Shown: piece after piece, positions 43,965 through 57,859 of the stretch
Layout of the letters: every line of letters starts with the position of its first letter
Position numbering within the stretch: position 1 is the first letter of the stretch
DNA from: the human T2T-CHM13v2.0 reference genome, Homo sapiens
Length of the DNA: 64,000 nucleotides
Assembly (NCBI RefSeq): GCF_009914755.1
Contig: NC_060936.1
Direction: 5' to 3' (one strand)
Notes under the pieces: generated by a model
Database searches by the model: none
Told to the model about the DNA's origin: nothing
Seen by the model: only the letters and a program-made list of their open reading frames with translations
Made by a program: the position numbers and the translations under genes

Positions 43965-44415
43965 AGCGTGCTGTTTGATTACCCTGTATCCATTGCCCAT
44001 CCTGCTTTACTCATTAATTTTTTTTAGGGCATCAATATGCCTAGCTGAAAACAACAACAACCTACATTCCCAAATCTCTCTTGACCTAGAGGAGGTCATG
44101 TGATAAAATTTTGGCCAATAATGCATAAACTACAGTGTTTGGTTTCTGAAAACAGTTGTTTTTCTGCTACAGATGCTGTGCTTTTTTGGCTTTTCCATTC
44201 TCTCCTTCATGCCTACAATGTGGACATGATATTTGGATGCTAGGGATAATGAGTAAAAGGCCACACAGAGACAGTGTCCCTGAAATCTTTGAGCTGCTGT
44301 GCTAGTGACAGCAGCTGCTATCCTCAGACTTTGTAATTTATAATAAACTTACATGTCTAAACCATGGAAAACAGATCTCTCTTACTTGCAGACAAACCCA
44401 ATTCTTAACTGCCAC
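43965..44415 (+). mobile_element. ERVL LTR (LTR33/LTR16-like)
   Basis: ctacattcccaaatctctcttg...ggtcatgtgataaaattttggccaat...ttacttgcagacaaacccaattcttaactg. Confidence 0.6.
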
Positions 44416-44814
44416 AAATGCCTTCAGGGACGAAAGAGAAATCTGGCAGAAGATCCATCTTGGGCATGGGAGTCCCAGAGCATTCCTCCAGGACATGACT
44501 GTGCAGAGGTTTGTCTGCTGACCTTGGAAGCCTTTGCTCAGGAAGTACAGGAACAGTGAGAGTGCATTATGCAGGCCAACTGGCACAGTCTGTCCATGTG
44601 TTCACAATATGCCTTGAACATTGTCCCTTTCTCTATTTAAACCTAATTGTATGTCCCCCTGAGAACTAGTTTTGTTTAAATTATAGCTGACTGTTCTAGA
44701 TCTATTAAATAGTGATATTATGTCTAATGGACCTTGACTTTACTCTTTTTCTTATTATATGCGAACAGGTGGGAGAGAAGGGATACTGAATACAATTATG
44801 CATTTCATTACTGT

Positions 44815-45160
44815 TTAATTGATTCATTCATCAAATAATTATTTAGTGCCCACTCTATACCAGGCACTGTGTTAAGTTTTGGGGATACAGTGATGAACAT
44901 GATAGATGGTGTCTCTGTTGTATGGTCTAGACTTGGGATAATATTTTACCTTATTAATTGCTTGCTATGAGCTGGGTATTGTATTGGGTACGTTGTACAC
45001 ATTATCTGATACAATCTTCATGCCAAACCTATGAGATTAGTTATCATAGTCTTTTGAAGATTTAAAAATAAAAATGAATATCAGACTAATTTTATGAATA
45101 TGTTACTATGGCTAGAAGGTGGGGGTGTTGGGATTCTACCCGACTTCAAGGTTATAATCT
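44815..45160 (-). mobile_element. Adjacent L2 3' end and MIR fragments
   Basis: ttcattcatcaaataattatttagtgcccactctataccaggcactgtg; aatcttcatgccaaacctatgag. Confidence 0.55.
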
Positions 45161-47359
45161 TAACTAATTTGGAAATCCCCAATGACTCTGTTTCTGTTAG
45201 GGAATATATGAACCCCACATGCCCTAACACTGGCTTAATGAGTGGTAGGAATAGAGGTGGAGATGGGCACTAAGGGGGAAGTGGGTGGAAAGAGGCTTCC
45301 TTTATAGAGAAGACATCATGAAGGAAGATATCAGGATATTCGAGTGGATGCTGTGTTCAAGTCATGGCAAAGTGAGAGACATGTTGTGAGCAATGTGATG
45401 TTTGCGTCTCTCTCTCTGTTGCCCAGGGCATAGCTTGGGTGTCTTTCTGCTATCCTGTTGGGTCAGTTGGAGCAAAGGGCCATTTTGTTCCTGTGATTTC
45501 TGCACATTTCTGCTGGAGATGTGAACCAACAGGCTACGGTTGATGGGGCACATGGTATCCTGGAGCCTAAGAGATAGGCGAAGATTGGGACAAAGTGTTG
45601 GGTAGTGCCAAAGCAAGAACAGGTCAGGAGGGCTAGTCATACGATGGATTGAGGCATTAGATACCAAGAAAAGATGTGTGTTCCAGACCAGCTCTGGCTT
45701 GGTAATCAGACAGAGGTCAGAAAAAGTCAGATGGCGGAATCTGGGTTAGTGTCCCATAGGGGCATAGAGCAGATTCTTACTGTCTTATATGGGACAGCAC
45801 GAGTCATTCCCAGCCAGCCCCACTTCTGAGACATCTATTCTAGGCATTAAAGAATTAGACCTTTTAAGGCCTTGCTGCTCTTCTAGAATGGACCTTGCAT
45901 TCTCTGTATTTTCTCAGAGACTCTCATTTTTCATTTCCTACAGCATATTTAAATCTTAGGGCAAATTGGAACTCAGCCATCTGGGTTGTCCTCTAGGCTG
46001 GGTAGAAACTCATTCACTGGAGTCCATGGATACATTTTTAAAAGAAATTTAGATATTCTCTCTCCCACCCTCAAGAATTGGGGATCTTGACCCAGATTCT
46101 GTAACCAATGACATTAATTTGTGAGCTGGATGACCACCACAGAGCAACCTCCTGTGGCTATAGCACAGTTTTTCTCTGAGCACAGCTCACTTCTCTGAAT
46201 AGAGATGACACCTGTGGCTCTGATCCCAGGGGATACTACATTAATTGAGCTGATCTATTTAGCATGGGCACAACAGCTGAATCAAAGGTAAGGGTTAAAG
46301 AATGCTGCCAGCCATCTGGGCACAAATAGACTCTTTACCATCTTTATGATTGGCTCATCAGAGAGTGTTGATGTTTTTCCTTGACTTTTCTAGGAAAGAG
46401 CTCATCCACCATGATGTTTTGATGATTTGGGCCATCTGTAAGAAAAGCAGCTGTTTTACTCCAAAAAGGGTATTTGAAAGAGTGATTATATGTTCCCCGT
46501 GATCCTTTGAAAATGAGGAAGGGCATATTTTTTAATAGAGCTAAACTTTTAAAAACTCAAATTTGAAAAATCAACTGTAATATCTTTTCTCCCACAGAGA
46601 ACATTCTCTTAGGAAATAGCCTGTTATGTCGTTATCAGTTTGTCATCTACCTTTTATTTTACAGATAATCTCTGTAGGTGACTGTGAAAAACCTCCCAGA
46701 TTTTTCCTTTTATGTAGACTATCATTGAGATAATATTTCTTCTAGATTTTCATCCTATTTGGAAATGATTATCATTCATCTCCAGATGTTTTGAGATAAT
46801 GTCTTCCCTTTTTCCATTTTCTATTATTTCAAGTATTTCCCCTTATTCTTGTATAATTTAACAAATTAAATCACATCTTTCCTATACTTCCTTTTTCTAG
46901 TTTAAGTCTTTGTTATCTCTTTTCAGAATCTCTTTTCAATGCTTTCTTAATGATATTGAAATTTTAGAGGTAATTCACAATTATGTTCTCTTACCACATT
47001 AAAGCATATGCATATATTTCAAGGACACAGGAAGTTCCTGTAGGCTATTTTTAAATATGCTTTAATTTTCCTGATTTCTATTAAAAACCTTTAAAATATA
47101 ATCTTTCATTTCTCTAAAGTCTTAGAAAATATTGATTCAAAATGACTTAAATGTTTACTTTTCTTAGGAGTGAAACACTGAGTAATTTTTTTGAATTTTA
47201 AGGTATTGATCCACTCCTTATATTTTCAACCCAAATCTATTTGGTTGCTTATTGAAAAAAAAAGATTGCATTTCTAATCTGTGAATATAGTTTTTTCTGC
47301 AAGATGATAATAGTTTGGGTGGAAAATTTCTGAAGAAAGGCTTCTCAGGGAAAGTGTTA

Positions 47360-48060
47360 TTAAATTCACCAAACATTTACTAAGCACGGACTGCTCTATG
47401 TTCCTAGCTTTTGGTAAGACAATCAAGATGAATAAGACTGTATTTTTTTCCTCAAGCTGCTTATAAGAGATACGTAAGCAGAGTCAGATACAAGCTATGG
47501 GAGAATATGGGATGAAGGTTAATTTTAACTGAAGAAATCACAGAAGGTGGCATTTGAAAGGCTGAGAGAACTACGATGGATAAGGAAGGAGAGAAAGGAC
47601 ATTCAGGCAGAGAGAGTAAGAGCATAAGGTGAGGGAATTATGCAAAAGACCAGGGAGTAAAACAGCCATATGTGCAGTAATGCTGGAGTGCAGGGCATGT
47701 TGGGAGATAAGTTCGGGAGAGCAGGTGGGCCAGATTCTGGGAGACCTTGAATCTCATGTTAAAGAGATTGCATTTCTTAAAATTAAACAAATTTAAAAAT
47801 TTGTTTTAGAATAGAGATGGGGTCTTGCTGTGTTGCCTAGGCTGGTCTCAAACTCCTAGGTTCAAGCAATCCTCCCACCTCAGCCTCCCACAGTGCTGGG
47901 ATTACAGGTGTGAGCTACCACACCCAGCCAAGAGACTGCATTTTAATCTGTATTCAGTAAGGAACTGCAGAAGGATTTGAGCAGAAAAATGATTTGGTCA
48001 TTCTGATGTATTGTAGAAAATGGGTTAAATCATGCTGAGGTCAAAACCTGAGACATCAGA
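47360..48060 (-). mobile_element. L2 fragment interrupted by a FLAM
   Basis: attcaccaaacatttactaagc..., ggaactgcagaaggatttgagcag. Confidence 0.6.
47776..47929 (-). mobile_element. FLAM_C with TSD
   Basis: Antisense monomer; TSD aagagattgcattt (47762-47775) / aagagactgcattt (47930-47943). Confidence 0.88.
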
Positions 48061-48197
48061 TTTAAAAATGATTGCAAAGAGAAAGATGTAGAGAAGTAGC
48101 ATTTATGACAGTCTCTACTGTGTTTCTAAAATGACAGTGAGTATGCCATAGTCTTCATTACAGGAGGGTACATACAAGGAGATAGTTTTTTTTTCCT

Positions 48198-48738
48198 CCA
48201 TAAAGTGAAAGCAAGATTATTAAGAGAGTAAAGGAATAAAAGAATGGCTACTTCATAGCCAGAGCAGCAGCATGGGCTGCTTGACTAAGGATACTTTTTG
48301 TCACTTCTTGATTATATGCCAAACAAGGGGTGGATTTTTCATGAGTTTTCCAGGAAAGGGATGGGCAATTCCCCGAACTGAAGGTTTTCCTCCCTTTTTG
48401 ACAGTATAGGGTAACTTCCTGATATTGCCATGGCATCTGTAAACTGTCACAGCACTGGTGGGAGTGTCTTTTAGCATGCTAATGCATTATAATTATTGCA
48501 CAATGTGGAGTGAGGACAACCAGAGGTCACTCTGGTTTTGGTGGGTGTTGGCTGGCTTTTTTATTGCAACCTGTTTTTATCAGCAAGGTCTTTAAGACCT
48601 TTATCTTGTGCTGACCTCCTATCTCATCCTGTGACTTAGAGTATGTAAACTACTGGGAATGCAGCCCAGCAGGTCTCAGCCTTGTTTTACCCAGTCCCTA
48701 TTCAAGATGGAGCTGCTCTGGTTCAAACACCTCTGACA
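48198..48738 (-). mobile_element. MER41B-like ERV1 3' LTR (U5 end missing)
   Basis: Minus strand starts tgtcagaggtgtttgaaccagagcagctccatcttgaataggg; contains gcattagcatgctaaaagacactcccaccag and gtagccattcttttattcctttact. Confidence 0.88.
48348..48377. promoter_or_regulatory. Tandem GAS (STAT) motifs in MER41B
   Basis: TTCCAGGAA 48348-48356 and TTCCCCGAA 48369-48377, both fitting TTCN3GAA; function untested. Confidence 0.65.
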
Positions 48739-49815
48739 TATTCCCTCGCCTCCCTTTTATAAGAGAACCCTTAATCCTAAGGGTTGTAGGAGGATGAAGA
48801 CCCACCTTCTATAAATTCTTCAGGCTGAATAGGAGTGATGATATTCCTGCCTAACTATTAGTGTCCTTTGTATTAAGGAGAGAGACAAGCTTAGTCAGAA
48901 AGCATCAGCATGGTAAGGACCATTCATAACTCTGACAAAAGGTAATATCTGGAGGATTAATAAGTGTTCAATTTAAGAAAACATTCAGTAAACTTATCCT
49001 GTATTCCTACACAAAGAGTACAACAGCAAATGTATTTCATAACAGTAAAGCAAAATAAGCAAAATTACCCCAAATAAACCAAATTAGAAGGCTTTCCATG
49101 AAGTGGGCAACTGTTGGAACCAAGCTGATATGGGGTTGCTAGCTGATTCCAATATGTGCCCAGAATTAGAATATTGATCCAGATTTTTTTACATTACCCA
49201 TCCCTCTTGTTTCTTTTGAGCTATAGCCAGAGATCACTGGTTGGTTTACAGGAATAAGCAGGGTTAGTCTAAATTGCAGGAAACAAGCTTTAAAAAGCTT
49301 AAAAATGAGACTAGAATCTAACAATGAATGTACCATAGTTCTTGAAACATATTTTTTTTTTCTCCGTGCAGTTTCCCATTTTTACTAAAGACAAATCACG
49401 GTAAGATCAATTTGCTTTATTATACTTGGCCTGATTATTTGTATAAAGTGCAGCAAGAATAATAATTTTTTTACATAGGCTTTTAAAATTGGTTTTGATG
49501 GAACTTTGTTCCATAAGGAATCTCAGATAAGACTTTTTTTAAAGCCAAGCTCAGCCATGGGTTTGTACCCTTAAATACCTATGAACTGGGTAAATTCCTT
49601 TTCTCTTGAGGTCCCAAGGTTATGTGGGGCTCCTGGGACTGTAAGAAAGTGACATTCTGTACTTATCACAGGTCAGGAACCCTGTACAGGGACTGCGTAG
49701 GCAAAGTATGAAGCTAGTTTTCCCAAGGGGCTTTTATTGGCCCTATAAGTCAAGTTTGACTCCTTAAAGGAAAGCATGCCATTCCAGTCAAATCCTTGGT
49801 CAGATAAGCAGTTTC
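48739..49815 (-). mobile_element. MER41/MER4-group ERV internal 3' region
   Basis: Polypurine tract (ccctcgcctccctttt on +) abuts the LTR; atacttggcctgattatttgtataaagtgcagcaagaata is typical of MER4-group internals. Confidence 0.8.
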
Positions 49816-50209
49816 TAAGGGAGGTTGTTTGAACACAAACTTAGTCATGCTAAATGTGGCAGATATTACTAATGTTTACTAATTTCCTTTTCTTTCTGTG
49901 TTCAAAGAGCACTGGGCTTCCCAGGTCCTTGAAGTTAGGCATGGCTGTCATTTCCAGGTGGAAGCACATAAGAACTGGTGTATGTTTAACTGTTTTCTTC
50001 CCTGCCACTGCACTCATGGAAATATATGTGGATATAGAAGTGCCACAAAAACCAAATGGTCTATAATTCTGAGCTAGCACATGGAAGGTAGTACCTTAGA
50101 GTCATCCTGACCTGAAGTAAACTTTGGGTACACAGAAATAAACTTTTGCTGCATTAAACCTCTGAGATTTTGGTGGTGATTGTTCCTGAAGCAAAACTTA
50201 GTAGACCAG

Positions 50210-50375
50210 GCCTATCTAATAGAACTTTCTATAATGATTGGAGTGTTCTGTATCTGCACTGTCTGGTATGGTAGCCACTAGCCACATACAGCTATTGAGC
50301 ACTTTAGGTGTGGCTAGTGTGACTCAGGAAAAGAATGTTTAATTTTATTTAGTCTCAATTCATTTAAATAAGCAT
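50210..50375. mobile_element. MER3 (hAT-Charlie), interrupted by an LTR
   Basis: ctaatagaactttctataatgattgga...tatggtagccactagccacat...ttgagcactt. Confidence 0.8.
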
Positions 50376-50813
50376 TGTAAACCAAAAAGTGACTGAGTCA
50401 GGTCTCAATTGATTAGAGGTTTACTTAGCCAAAGTTGAGGACTCACCAGGGAAAAAACATGAATCACAGGAGCATCTGTCATCTATGCTTTTTCCAAAGG
50501 GGATTTTGTGAACTTTGGTATTTAAAGAAAAAAGAGCATGTAGAGTGGGTGGGGAGTGGGTGGGGGGGGTGGGGAGGGAAGGAGGGTAGGCAGTGAGGCA
50601 CGTGGTTACATTCTTGTGAGACTCTGATTAGCCTCAGTAAACCTACATTTTACATGTGAAAGTAGGGAGTAGGGGAAGCGAGGCTATGACATGGGTTGTG
50701 AAATTACAGCAATCTGGAAATAAAAGGAAAACAGTATGGGTGACAGTTTCCAAGCTTAACTTTCCTTTTGGCATACTGAGTTTGGGGTCCTGAGATTCTA
50801 TTTATCTTTCACA
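50376..50813 (-). mobile_element. MER4-family ERV1 solo LTR
   Basis: Minus start tgtgaaagataaatagaatctcaggaccccaaactc; end tttttggtttaca; 4-bp TSD gcat/gtat. Confidence 0.8.
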
Positions 50814-51129
50814 GTATCCTGGCTGATACTTTAAAGGATTTCTTTAACACCTAGAGAAAATATTCCAAAACCCCTTGCAACTGAACAGAAAATACAGGAG
50901 ATGAGGAAACCTTGAACCAAAGTGAACTAGTAGAAGGGAACTTTTAGTTATGAAGACGGTATGTCTTTCATCTAAATTCAGGATAATACTTCACTGAAAA
51001 AGCAATTGTGCAGTTTCAGAATCTGGTAGGTAAAAATGATACTAAAGAAAAAAATCTACTTAAAGAAAACTTGTATTGTGTTCCTACTATATAAAAGGCA
51101 TAATGTTAGCTGCTTAAGTTTTATTGACT

Positions 51130-51800
51130 TATGTATTTGTTCACCAAATTTTTAATGAGTGCCTACTGTATACCAGGCATATGATAGAGTCCCCAGGCTC
51201 TGGCAGATACACTAGTGAACAAAACAGACAAAAATATCTGCCATTATGGAGCTTACTTTCTAAGCAGGTTGAAAGACTATAAGCAAACGTATTAAAATAA
51301 TGCCAGAGTGTGATAAATGTCATGAATAACGACAGCTAGCACTTATTGATCACTTCCATATGCCAGGAACTAGTCTATTTTGCATATATTTATCCATTTA
51401 ATCCTTCTAATAACCCTATGGGACAGGAATTATCATCATCACTATTTTTTGATAAGGAAACTGAGACCCAGGGAGATTAAGAACTATACAAAATGTTTGT
51501 CCCTTGGGAATTCCTATGTGAGGAGATAAACAATGATGCCATTCAGTTGGTAAATACTGTAGGCAAAATGTCCCAGATATGCTGGGGGACAAAATAAAGC
51601 AGGGTCAGCTCTGCTTGGGGGAAGTTGTAAAGAGGAGGTGGATGCAGCTAAACCCTAGAGGAAGAGTGGGTATTGTCAGGGAGACAAAGGAGGGGTGAGA
51701 GTAAGTGTTCCAATTAGAGGGCATGCCTGTGCAAACTGTGCTAAGACACAGTTCCATGTGGGAAGATGCTAGAGACCCAGGAAGCAGCCAGACTGTGGAG
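51130..51800 (-). mobile_element. L2 fragments with a nested MIR (~51330-51490)
   Basis: ttaatgagtgcctactgtataccaggca; gataaggaaactgagacccagggagattaag. Confidence 0.65.
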
Positions 51801-52371
51801 TGTGCTGTGCCTAAGACATCTGACTGTCAGGAAAACTCAGACTGTACAAAAGTGAGGAGAGACAGATCCAACCATTTTCCTACCAGATTAGTAGAGAGTT
51901 CTAACTGAAAGGTAGTCATTTCCTTCTAAGAAACAGCTTTTTCAAGTAAGGCTTCTGAAAATGAACTCTCTAACAAGGCTAGGAGAGATAGAAGGCAGAC
52001 CCAGTGGGTTACTTGGGTCAGAAGACTCAGCAGGGTCAGATAGGCAGAAGCTGAGGTTGTCGGGGTAGAATTGCTACCTCTGAGGACATCAGATGCTGTC
52101 AGTGGGGAAACTGCTTGTTAGGTGAAGACTCAGCATGCATAAATATTTTGAATGTTACATCAGATGGTTATATTTTAAAAGTCTTTAAATGAATGTGGCT
52201 TACAAAGTTTTAACAGAAGGGGGCACTTTGGACATGGGAAAGATGCCCAGAAAGGAATCAAAGGCTGATGGTTCTGGGAGTCCCAGGGAAAAAGTCTGCC
52301 TAACCCGACTTGCTCACAGAGCAACTCTGCAGCTTTGGACAGGACCTCTCTGTGGTTTAAGACATAGATAA

Positions 52372-52666
<295 letters not shown>

Positions 52667-52816
52667 ACATAGATAATAACAATACTGAACTCACTGAGCT
52701 GTCCTGATGGTTAAATATAAAAGCACTTTGTAAACTATTCAGAACCTTATTACATCATCCCATCTAGGGACAAAAGTAACTGACAGAACTAGTGAAGGCT
52801 GCTACATTAAATTTAC

Positions 52817-53659
<843 letters not shown>

Positions 53660-54635
53660 CTCACTAAATACTTATTGAAGACCTACAGTGTTCAAGGGAT
53701 TGTGTTGGTATGGCTGGGCCTATAATGATAAGTAAAAATGATTAGTATTTTCCTCTTTATTTATCCTTATATAGGAGGACATTAAAGCAAGAAATATCAA
53801 TAAAGGCAAAATGTTAAAGCTGTAAGAGAAACAAGTATACATTATGCTTATTCAGTGGAAGGGGAGATTCTTGAGCTAGTTGGTAGTTGGTAGGATCAAG
53901 AGAGCCAAAGTGGAAGGAGGGACAATTAAAACAGAACTAAAAGGAAGTGAAAATAATGGAAGGTAGAAGTGGGACAGAAGAGGTTGTACCAGGTAGAAAA
54001 AAGTGAACAAAGATGAGAGAATGAAATGTATGTTTGAAGAATAAGGAATAGTCCATTTTTGCTGTAACGTAGGTACTTGGATTTGGTTAGAAGGGAGCAT
54101 CAGGGCCCTACGGTGCGAAGTTGTAGCTGCCAGCCTAAAGGATTTATATTTTTCACTAAACAATGAAGCATCGTTAAAGGTATTTGCATTAAGGCATCTT
54201 TATTTTATATTTAAAATATCTGGTTAGTTAAAACGTTCTGGGGGAGATTGTAAATGTTGCATATTAAAACAATTGTGGCAACTAAAAGAATTTGTGGTCA
54301 ATTTTTCTGCAGTGCAAAACTTGCTTATGCATTATGATGACTTTACTATATTTAACATTTTTAAAACATACTTCTGCAATAAGAAAACAAGACTGAAAAC
54401 TAAATGAAGACAGCTTTTTATTGAATTAAAAAATGTTACTGTACTTCAAAGAGAGAGTCTGATGGAAAAGATGATGAGTGATAAACAACGTACTAGCTCA
54501 TGGATTTGGTAGCTATTCTCAATATAAAAAATATAAAAAATATAAAAATTTCTAACGCCATAAAGATGTTAAAACTGATATAATAGAAGAAGGAGGAGAC
54601 TAATAGATGTATAGATAAAATAGAAGGACTGATAG

Positions 54636-55523
54636 TGATAGAGGCAGGAGGCAGAGAAACTCTAGGCAGACAGGGGTGGGTCCCTGGCAAAACCCCACCT
54701 TCAAGCCAAAAAGCCTTAAACCCGCAGCTCAACGTGAGAACTTCCATCCCAGTGTGCTCGCTCTTTCCTGATTGGATCTTTCTGAATAGGGCCTTTTTAC
54801 CAATCGAATGTTGCCTTTTGCAAAAGTGCCTATGGCCCACCTGCCAACCATCCTGTGCCTAAAAGACCCCAGACTCAGCCAGTAGAGAGGAGAAGCGGCT
54901 GGACGTTGGGAAGAGGCAACTTGACTTCAGGGGAAAGCGAACTGCCCTTCCTGTCCCCTTCCAGCTCCCCTCTCTGCTGAGAAATGCATTTACCACCCTT
55001 CAGTTCATCCACACGACCTCATTCTCGTTGAGCTCCAGGCAAGAATTCGGGATCTACCAAGTGCAGGTACCCAAAAAGGCTGTCACACTGGCCCTTTGCC
55101 CTCACTGGCAGAGGGCAGCCGCCCCATGTGACAATGGAAAGGGCCCACTGAGCTGATAACACACTGCTGTCCGTGGACGGTAGAGATAAGACAGCATTGT
55201 AACACACCCTCTGGGGCCTTGGGGTCGCAGGCACCCCGGTCTGTATGCTGCTATGGGGCCTGCATGAAGTTTGCTCCTGCTGGCACTAAAGCAGCCAACT
55301 GGTTCCTGCACTCACTTGCCTATGTGCTCCCTCCTGCAAGGGGTGGAGTGGGGCGCACCCAAGTGAATGGAGTTTTCTCCTGCCGGTGCCAAAGCAGCCG
55401 GCTGGTTCCTGCACTTGTTTACTCTCGCACACTCTCATGCGAGGGGTTGAGTGGGGTAGGCTGAGTAAATGGGGCACCCCTGTTGCAAATCCCATGAAGG
55501 AGTCAAGAAAATATCCTGCATCA
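54636..55523 (+). mobile_element. ERV1 solo LTR (LTR1/LTR27/LTR28 group)
   Basis: TG...CA termini, perfect 4-bp TSD atag (54632-54635, 55524-55527), two CCAAT boxes near 54770 and 54800, internal ~100-bp repeat. Confidence 0.88.
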
Positions 55524-57859
55524 ATAGGAGGAAATAGAAGTAATTAAAGTGAAGAATGGGGAAGACTTTGCATAAATGATAGGATATTGAAGTATACTAC
55601 TTAAGAAGATTTTACTTGTGTCTTCTTTAAGAAAATAAAAACCTCCACCATTTTTCTCATGTAATTTGTTGGCAATCAGCAACATTTAGCAAATATTTTA
55701 ACATTTACCCAGTGTCAGGCACTAGACTATGTACAAGTGACTCCATAGTAAAGAGACATTCTTATACCTGGTGGAGGATGATCCTTTAAGCAGAAAAGGT
55801 GCTTTTATATGGCAACATTCTAGGTTATCTAAGTAATCTGGATATTTTTAAGGAAGCATTTCATTTACTGGCTCACTGAGTAAATGCTGGAGTTTCCCTA
55901 GTGAATCTTGCCAGCACATGTGGGGAAGAGCAGCTGAGATGTGCTGATCTATAGAGCATTACACCAGGAGTGGACCTTTCCAACACTCAGTATTTTATTT
56001 CTCACATTATATAAAACAGGGCGTTTTGTAAGTTTGATTGTATAAAGAAGTAGGTTAAAATGGAAAAACACAAACAATCCACAATAAAATATGTTTGCTA
56101 GGCAAATAAGAGGATATTGTTCTGTAGATAGCTCTAATGGAAAATAGAAGAGGTGTTTTAAAAACATTCATTACAAAAATATGTATTGCCTTGGAAACCA
56201 CATAAAAGAAATTAGTGACAAAAACCAAACTCAAATGTGGTAAAAAGAAGAAAATCATACAGTAAATCAAAATTTGAAAGATTCACCTTTAAGGCTGGAG
56301 TACAAGATAAAAGTAGAAGAAAAAAGCAGGTGAAAGAAAGAGCGATTAGTCCTTTTGCCCAGGGTAACCTCACATGTGAACATTTATCCAAAACAAACAC
56401 TGAACATTCATTTGTGCTACTAAATGATTTTTAGAAAGAAAGTCTTCCAGCAGGAGCCAAGTTCCTCCAACCTAGATTCATATCTGCCACGTATCATTCC
56501 CCGGGGCAGAATGTGGTCTAGTTCTCCCCTTTACTGTGGAAAACACCCTGTTGCTGATCCGTGCAACAGCTCTCAAAGATACTTTAATCATTTCCATCAA
56601 GGGCCAATGGTCCAGTTAAAAATTGGCTCAATATGTGCACAGTTGTAGCTGTCTTTTAACTGAGAGTTTCAGTTAGTATTCATAAATTTATGCATATACA
56701 CATTAAAAATTCTTGGTTTCTGATTATCCAGTTATTCCCTTTCCTCTTCCCTAGGATGTTATTCAGAATGAGTTGTTACAGATACCGTTAGCCCAGGGAA
56801 GGACTGCAATTCTTTCAATGTCTAAATCCCCAAATCTAAGATTCATTTATGTATTATGAGCTTGCGGTTTAGCTTCATCTCTGCTGTAGGTGTACAGTAC
56901 CTTCATTAACATAAATATTATAGCAGCATAAGCTCTATTGCCTTATTTAGTAGATGTTTTGTACGTTGTGTGTGCAGAATTGACATCATCCCAAATGCTG
57001 TCAATGTCAAAATGACAGAAAAGGATGTAGAGCGTCCTAAAAATGGACACAATGAGTACCATTCGCTGTGTATTAGTTAGGTGTTGGTTGTAACAGAGAC
57101 AAGATAGCAGTGGCTTAAATAAGACAGATATTTCTGTCCCATATAATCTTGGGGACAGGCTGGAGGCCGGGACTGACAGGTAGGACAATTAGCAGTCATT
57201 GCCACCATCTAAAATGGTCATTTATATTCCACTTAAAGGAGATGTTCATTCATTGTGCTGAATCAACACGAGTTAGTGTACAATGTATGGCCAGGTTTCC
57301 TGGTTCATGGTGGTGCAAGCTAAAATCACATAAAAAAATGAAAGCAAACAGCAAATAAAACAACATATACCGGCATTAATAAGTTTGTTTGCTGCTGCTT
57401 ATCTGTTTTCCTACCACACTAAATAAATTGTGAACTTATAAAATGCATGGTGATGAGTTAATTAATAAAGCTCAATAACACACAGGGCCAAATTAGCACT
57501 CTTAGGCTAAATGGGGCTCAAAGCAGTAATTACTAGAAATTTTTGAGTTGTGATAAAACCACTGACATATATAAACCTTTGAATTGTGTTATTAATCATA
57601 TCATATGATAATTTTTAAAACCTACACATTCTATCATAAGTAGAATAAAACCTGTGAAAAGTTTTCAAGTGCAAAATTTAAATTTTGTTAATGATTTATT
57701 TAAAAAATACAAAATGTACATTTTAGGATTATTCTAGATGTAATTAAGGGTATAAACAGAATCTAAATATTTAAGATCAAATCTGTATAACAAATTAAAC
57801 TAAGATTTTAAATCCCATCTATGACCAATGATTAGCAATGATCAGAATGATAGAGAATT

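Noticed and set aside
45190-45790. Possible ancient LTR (similar impressions at ~1400-1800 and ~18400-19150)
   Set aside because: Could not match a consensus or define termini with confidence
55262-55420. Repeat-spacer-like duplication (aaagcagcc..ctggttcctgcact)
   Set aside because: Two copies of an internal LTR repeat; not CRISPR-like, and no prokaryotic features exist in the window
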